Assembly: GCA_951406725.2 (NCBI GenBank)
Contig: OX597822.1
Coordinates: 68,448,001 to 68,512,000 of the forward strand
Direction of reading: 5' to 3'
Source: Octopus vulgaris
Lineage: Eukaryota
DNA: 64,000 bases
Made by a program: the position numbers and the translations under genes. Positions within the stretch are counted from its first letter, which is position 1. Each line of letters begins with the position of its first letter. The notes beneath the pieces are model-generated. The model ran no database searches. It worked only from the letters and a program-made list of their open reading frames with translations, and was not told the DNA's origin. Of the stretch, positions 63,398-64,000 are shown one piece after another.

Positions 63398-63626
63398 TCA
63401 ACCTTTTAGAATTTAATCTGGCCATACCTGACCCTAACATTCCACTTGTTTTATGTTCAAACTGTGCAGATCCAACCTCTCGCACCTAACCTACAATGTC
63501 ATTATAAAAAATAAACAATTGCATCATCAAAATCTTGAAGCTACAAGCTAATGCAATATTAATTCAAAACAATATGAATTAAAAAGCATTACATTTGATA
63601 GAATATTCCAAATGCTAAAAGGTTAA
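63398..63626. mobile_element. piggyBac-type MITE
   Basis: TCAA|ccttttag ... ctaaaagg|TTAA. The body is the reverse complement of 53877-54095. Confidence 0.75.
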
Positions 63627-64000
63627 AGTTATTTTATAAGAATCGATGGGCTGTCATAATTTGGCAAGAACAAACGATGATGATGATATTACATACTCTA
63701 TTTCTGCCCCTTGAAATCCTCTGAATTTCTTTCATTAACCACAGGGACATAGATGAAGGGGACATCACAAAAAGGGCTGTAAATTTGAAAACCATGCTGA
63801 TTTTATACTGGTAAGTTTTTATATTATTTTTCCTCCACTTTCCCGAGCAAGTCTTATAAAATTGTTACACTTGTCTTCCAAAGATGACCATGCATCCTGC
63901 AAAAATACAAACCTTCACATGTTAAGCATGGAATGGGCTTATATACCCACTCCAAATTCATTCAATCTCCACGATCTCTTTCAGACCTATAGGCATTTTC

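Overview
AT-rich, microsatellite-saturated animal genomic DNA, most likely octopus. That assignment rests on recognising the SINE, MITE and LINE-tail repertoire, not on a search. Only one protein-coding unit is supportable: a minus-strand, intron-free ~7.65 kb CDS (ATG 19932 to TAA 12283, ~2549 aa). It encodes 35 C2H2/C2HC zinc fingers arranged as 15 doublets plus 5 singletons, with CtBP-type, SUMO-type and NLS motifs. A splice acceptor (19992-19993) and an out-of-frame overlapping uORF precede it, and ~2 kb of repeat-free putative 3' UTR follows it. The remainder is intronic or intergenic and packed with mobile DNA: ~30 copies of a tRNA-head CORE-like SINE with an internal microsatellite, ~15 Nin/Deu-domain SINEs, RTE-like LINE 3' ends, piggyBac, pogo and hAT MITEs (some nested), a probable non-autonomous Helitron and several minisatellites. 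The most notable hidden signal is a set of about six short elements, mostly embedded in microsatellite, that carry type I hammerhead-ribozyme cores of the Penelope/retrozyme kind. One is apparently intact (21031-21065) and two lie inside long fold-back arms. All short ORFs in the track are artefacts of repeats.
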